From assembly GCA_051013385.1 (NCBI GenBank), contig CP143273.1, positions 1,440,001 to 1,504,000 of the forward strand: a stretch of 64,000 nucleotides of DNA, read 5' to 3'. Both the position numbers and the translations under genes were made by a program. Positions 60,411 through 64,000 of this stretch are shown in pieces. Below the pieces are notes generated by a model. That model saw only the letters and a list, made by a program, of their open reading frames with translations, was not told the DNA's origin and did not search any database. Source of the DNA: Phormidium sp. (GTDB lineage Bacteria > Cyanobacteriota > Cyanobacteriia > Cyanobacteriales > Aerosakkonemataceae). Each line of letters opens with the position of its first letter. Positions within the stretch are counted from its first letter, which is position 1.

Positions 60411-61160
60411 ATGTCAATACCTTTGCTAACTTACAAACCCTCCTCGCAAAACCAGCGAGTAGCGGGTTATGAAGTACCCAACGAAGATACACCCTATATC
60501 TATCGTCTTGAAGATTGTGCTGATGAAACTGACATCCAAGAATTAATTTGGGCAGCTTATCGCCAAGTCTTCAGCGAACATGAAATCCTCAAACGGTTTC
60601 GCCAACCTGGTTTAGAATCTCAACTGAAAAATCGCTCTATTACTGTACGCGATTTCATTCGGGGATTAGCAAAAACCGAGGCATTTTATCGCTTAGTTGT
60701 GGAAACAAACTCTAACTATCGCGTTGTAGAAGTTTGCCTCAAACGTATTTTGGGACGTGCCCAATACAATAAAGATGAAGAAATTGCCTGGTCAATTAAA
60801 ATTGCAACCAAAGGCATTGGCGGATTTATTGACGCACTAGTTGATAGCGAAGAGTATCAAACTAACTTTGGTGACAATACAGTACCTTATCAACGTCGTC
60901 GGTATAAAGACCGTCCCTTCAACTTGGTAACACCTCGCTACGCTGGCTACTGGCGTGACAAACAAGAGGACGCACGTTACAAATGGGGCGCTGTGGGGAA
61001 CTTTTTGGACATGGCGCGATCGATCAAGATCACCCCTGTCACCCAAACTACCAAAGTTGACACCGCGAACATCAAAATTCCTGACACAACCAGGGATAAT
61101 AAGCCAGAAGGCACTCGCGTATCAATTAACCCAGTGGCATCTTTCCCCGCCCGTAAATAG
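60411..61160 (+). CDS. cpcG: Rod-core linker CpcG, paralog 2
   Basis: [27 protein letters not shown]. Confidence 0.9.
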   Translation: MSIPLLTYKPSSQNQRVAGYEVPNEDTPYIYRLEDCADETDIQELIWAAYRQVFSEHEILKRFRQPGLESQLKNRSITVRDFIRGLAKTEAFYRLVVETNSNYRVVEVCLKRILGRAQYNKDEEIAWSIKIATKGIGGFIDALVDSEEYQTNFGDNTVPYQRRRYKDRPFNLVTPRYAGYWRDKQEDARYKWGAVGNFLDMARSIKITPVTQTTKVDTANIKIPDTTRDNKPEGTRVSINPVASFPARK

Positions 61161-61205
61161 GTAATCCCATTCACCGCCAATCTTACCAAATTAGGAGATT
61201 ATTGC

Positions 61206-61958
61206 ATGGCTCTGCCGTTGCTCGCATACAAACCATCATCCCAAAACCAGCGGGTTAAAAGTTTTGGAATCGCAGATCTCAACGAAGATACACCCTATAT
61301 CTATCGCCTAGAAGATGCCGCTTCCCCTGGTGAAATCAGAGATTTAATTTGGGCAGCTTATCGCCAAGTTTTCAGCGAACACGAAATCCTCAAATTCAAC
61401 CGCCAAATCACCGTAGAAACTCGTTTCGCCAACCGTTCCATCACAGTCCGTGACATGATCCGGGAATTGGCAAAATCAGAAGCTTTCTACCGTTTAGTTG
61501 TTTCCGTTAACAACAACTATCGCTTAGTGGAAATCTGTCTCAAACGCTTTTTAGGTCGCGCACCTTACAACAAAGACGAAGAAATCGCTTGGTCAATTGT
61601 AATTGCTACCAAAGGTTTTAGCGGTTTTGTTGATGCTTTATTGGACAGCGATGAATACACCAACGCTTTTGGTGATTTCACCGTACCTTACCAACGCAAG
61701 CGTATGGAAGCTCGTCCTTTCAACTTGGTAACTCCTCGCTACGGCGAAGACTTCCAAGAAAAAGCAGGTACAGTTACCACCGACTGGCGCTTTACCTTGG
61801 ACAAATTCTACAGCGCCAAGTCCAAACAACGCCGTTTACCAGAAGGCGATCCTGGCAAGTTCAGTGATATGGCAGCAGCAGTTAATACCAAGCGCTATTA
61901 CGCTCAAAATATCCGTGCTTCCAGCATCGATTACCTGAACAAAGTACCAAGACGCTAA
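61206..61958 (+). CDS. cpcG: Rod-core linker CpcG, paralog 3
   Basis: [30 protein letters not shown]. Confidence 0.9.
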   Translation: MALPLLAYKPSSQNQRVKSFGIADLNEDTPYIYRLEDAASPGEIRDLIWAAYRQVFSEHEILKFNRQITVETRFANRSITVRDMIRELAKSEAFYRLVVSVNNNYRLVEICLKRFLGRAPYNKDEEIAWSIVIATKGFSGFVDALLDSDEYTNAFGDFTVPYQRKRMEARPFNLVTPRYGEDFQEKAGTVTTDWRFTLDKFYSAKSKQRRLPEGDPGKFSDMAAAVNTKRYYAQNIRASSIDYLNKVPRR

Positions 61959-62395
61959 TCAAGATTTTTCCCCATTTTGTGGGTTAAATCTAAGGTCTAA
62001 AGTCCAAAATCTAAAATCATAGCTGGGTCTGACTTTTGGGAGATGACTAACTAATATTTGATTAGTTGTTATCATCTCAGCGGTTTAGACCCAGTTGTTG
62101 TAAGTATTGGGGATTGGGGATTGGGGACTGGGGATTGGGATGGGAATATGTGAGGACTTCAGTCATTTTATTTAGAAAATAAACGACTAAAGTCGCTACA
62201 ACAAACTTTTGAGGGAAAAACTTGAAGGGAAGCAAAACCTTTGTGAGTTTTACTTCCCTTCAAAATTTGAAGTCAGCGGCTTTCTTGTACTTGGGGCGAT
62301 CGCTAAATCTAATTAAATTTATAGGAAATCCAGTCCCTAGTCCCCAGTGCCCAGTCCCCAAAACCAAAGTACCACCTCAGCCCTCTAAAGAGAGC

Positions 62396-63127
62396 TTACT
62401 TACCATCAGTAGAACCTTTTTGCCCATTAGGAGGTGCAACTACTACACCTTTATCAGCAGCACGTTGTTCGCGTTTTTTGCGTTCAGCTTTCACGGCATC
62501 TTCCATAATTACTAATGCCTGAGCCATTTTTTCTAAATTGCTGCGGTACAGTTCCAGATCTTTTTGGATTTTTTCTTCTGGTAAATGCAACCCAGCACTA
62601 ATTTTTTTGAGTGCTTCAGTCAGTTGCTTGGGATCTTTTGCTAATTCGGGATCTGGTTGTTCAATTAAATTAAACAAACCGACAGCAAATAAGCGACTGT
62701 ACTTAAATTTTGGGTTGTTGGCGATCGCTTGCAGAGTTCCTTGTAAATCCCCGGTATTAGCAAAAGACTCTTGACTCAAGCTATCAATCACATCTTTTGT
62801 CGATCGCTCCGCCACAAACGCTTTTAAACGTTCAGCATCCTGCTTATAAGTTTGGGCATCGCTACCCACCGCTTGACAAAGTGCAGCAAATATGGGTTCT
62901 TTGTCCGCTTCCGGGCGATAACCTTGCATAAAGCGGTCAAAGGTAGTCACCACCCCTAAAGCATAAATAGGGTCATAGCTGAAGTCATTATTGACCGAAA
63001 GCAAGTGCATTTCCACCATTAACTCTTCTACCACTCGCCGATAAATCGTGTTAATCGGGCGAGTGTGGAGGGAGTAGAAAGTTCGCTTAGTATCTGAAAC
63101 AGTGCGGACGTTGTTCACGGAAAACAA
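62396..63127 (-). CDS. psb29: Photosystem II biogenesis protein Psb29 (Thf1)
   Basis: VRTVSDTKRTF, YRRVVEELMVEMHL, FKYSRLFA, KDLELYRSNL. Confidence 0.93.
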   Translation of the reverse strand: MFSVNNVRTVSDTKRTFYSLHTRPINTIYRRVVEELMVEMHLLSVNNDFSYDPIYALGVVTTFDRFMQGYRPEADKEPIFAALCQAVGSDAQTYKQDAERLKAFVAERSTKDVIDSLSQESFANTGDLQGTLQAIANNPKFKYSRLFAVGLFNLIEQPDPELAKDPKQLTEALKKISAGLHLPEEKIQKDLELYRSNLEKMAQALVIMEDAVKAERKKREQRAADKGVVVAPPNGQKGSTDGK

Positions 63128-63195
63128 TTAACGAGGAATTAAGTTTATTGTCTCCTTTAAGGGTAACTTTGCCAAGCAGATTTTGCGAAAGCAGG

Positions 63196-63476
63196 AGGGG
63201 CAGAGGGGCAGAGGGGCAGAGGGGCAGAGGGGCAGAGGGGCAGGGGGGCAGGGGAGCGGAGGAGAATTTAAAACTTAAAACTCTCCAACTCTTCCTAACT
63301 CAAAACTCAAAACTCAAAACTTCCCCAACTCTTCCTAACTCAAAACTCAAAACTCAAAACTTCCCCAACTCTTCCTAACTCAAAACTCAAAACTCAAAAC
63401 TCAAAACTCAAAACTTCCCCAGTCCCCAATCCCCAGTCCCCAGTCCCTAGTCCCCAGTCCCTAGTCCCCAGTCCCC
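63196..63476. repeat. Mixed short tandem repeats (GGGGCAGA)n, (CAAAACT)n, (CCCCAGT)n
   Basis: Visible tandem arrays between the divergent psb29 and cpcT. Confidence 0.9.
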
Positions 63477-63520
63477 TAATGCGTTAAAATTTACAGCTGC
63501 GACCTTTCCCTGGTCTTGAG

Positions 63521-64000
63521 ATGAGATTTTCTGAGCAATTAATTGCTTTAGCTAGTTACATGGCAGGTGAGTTTGACAATCAGGCACAAGCGATCGCAGA
63601 TCCAGCTTGGTACGTTCACCTGCGACTTTGGCAACGACCTGTACCTTTGTTTACCGAAGATAGCATCACCTTATTTGCTGAACAAGCCAATATTGTTAAT
63701 TTAGAGCAAGCTTATCGACCGCGAATCATTCGCCTGCGGGAACGAACTGAGCTTAACTCCTCCCTTGAGGTGCAATATTACATGATCAAAGACCCTGGAT
63801 TAGTACAGGGTGCTGGGCGCGATCGAGAAAAACTGAAAATCTTAACTTATGAGCAAATAGAATTCTTGCCCGGTTGTACTCTTAACGTTACTCAAAATTC
63901 TTTAGCCACCCCCGGCTATCACTTTCAAGCATCCTTACCCCCAGATGCCCGTTGCTGCTTCAATTATCGCGGTGAAACCTACCAAGTTTCTCTCGGATTT
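63521..64000 (+). CDS. cpcT: CpcT/CpeT chromophore lyase (runs off the window end)
   Basis: MRFSEQLIALASYMAGEFDNQAQAIADPAWYVHLRLWQRP..LFAEQ..YRPR..LPGC. Confidence 0.85.
   Translation, partial: MRFSEQLIALASYMAGEFDNQAQAIADPAWYVHLRLWQRPVPLFTEDSITLFAEQANIVNLEQAYRPRIIRLRERTELNSSLEVQYYMIKDPGLVQGAGRDREKLKILTYEQIEFLPGCTLNVTQNSLATPGYHFQASLPPDARCCFNYRGETYQVSLGF

Noticed and set aside
63148..63378. 76-aa ORF with GRGAE/KLKT repeats
   Set aside because: Translation of short tandem repeats.

Overview
A 64-kb chromosomal window from a filamentous cyanobacterium. HIP1 (GCGATCGC) is dense, STRR heptamer tracts and hetR are present, and patX directly upstream of hetR suggests a non-heterocystous, Oscillatoriales-like lineage (inference). 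Bases 1-18.1 kb form a secreted-protein/signalling cluster: two PEP-CTERM genes, a translationally coupled HTH-AAA_35 and AAA_35-adenylate cyclase-CHASE2 pair, two filamentous-haemagglutinin (TPS-domain) proteins, a TPR-CHAT protease and DUF928. Its intergenic regions share a recurring 10-bp-phased GTTACAG / GTCGATAGAyAAAGTT element. Bases 18-27.6 kb hold housekeeping genes (xth, the 2-oxoglutarate decarboxylase/SSADH TCA bypass, a Zn dehydrogenase) and patX-hetR. Bases 27.7-41.5 kb are accessory patches of intact and decayed toxin-antitoxin modules separated by HIP1-built repeats. They also hold two paralogous HTH-NB-ARC genes, each divergent from different cargo (one cargo pair shares an amyloid-like DNxGNIVVG motif), and a ClpP with an apparent signal peptide. 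The rest is rimM, gpmA, a multi-PAS kinase, Mn catalase, tetrapyrrole genes, rluD (apparent ATT start), the cpcBACDEF plus three cpcG operon, psb29 and a partial cpcT. No rRNA, tRNA, CRISPR array or transposase was seen. All domain calls come from reading motifs by eye, not from database searches.
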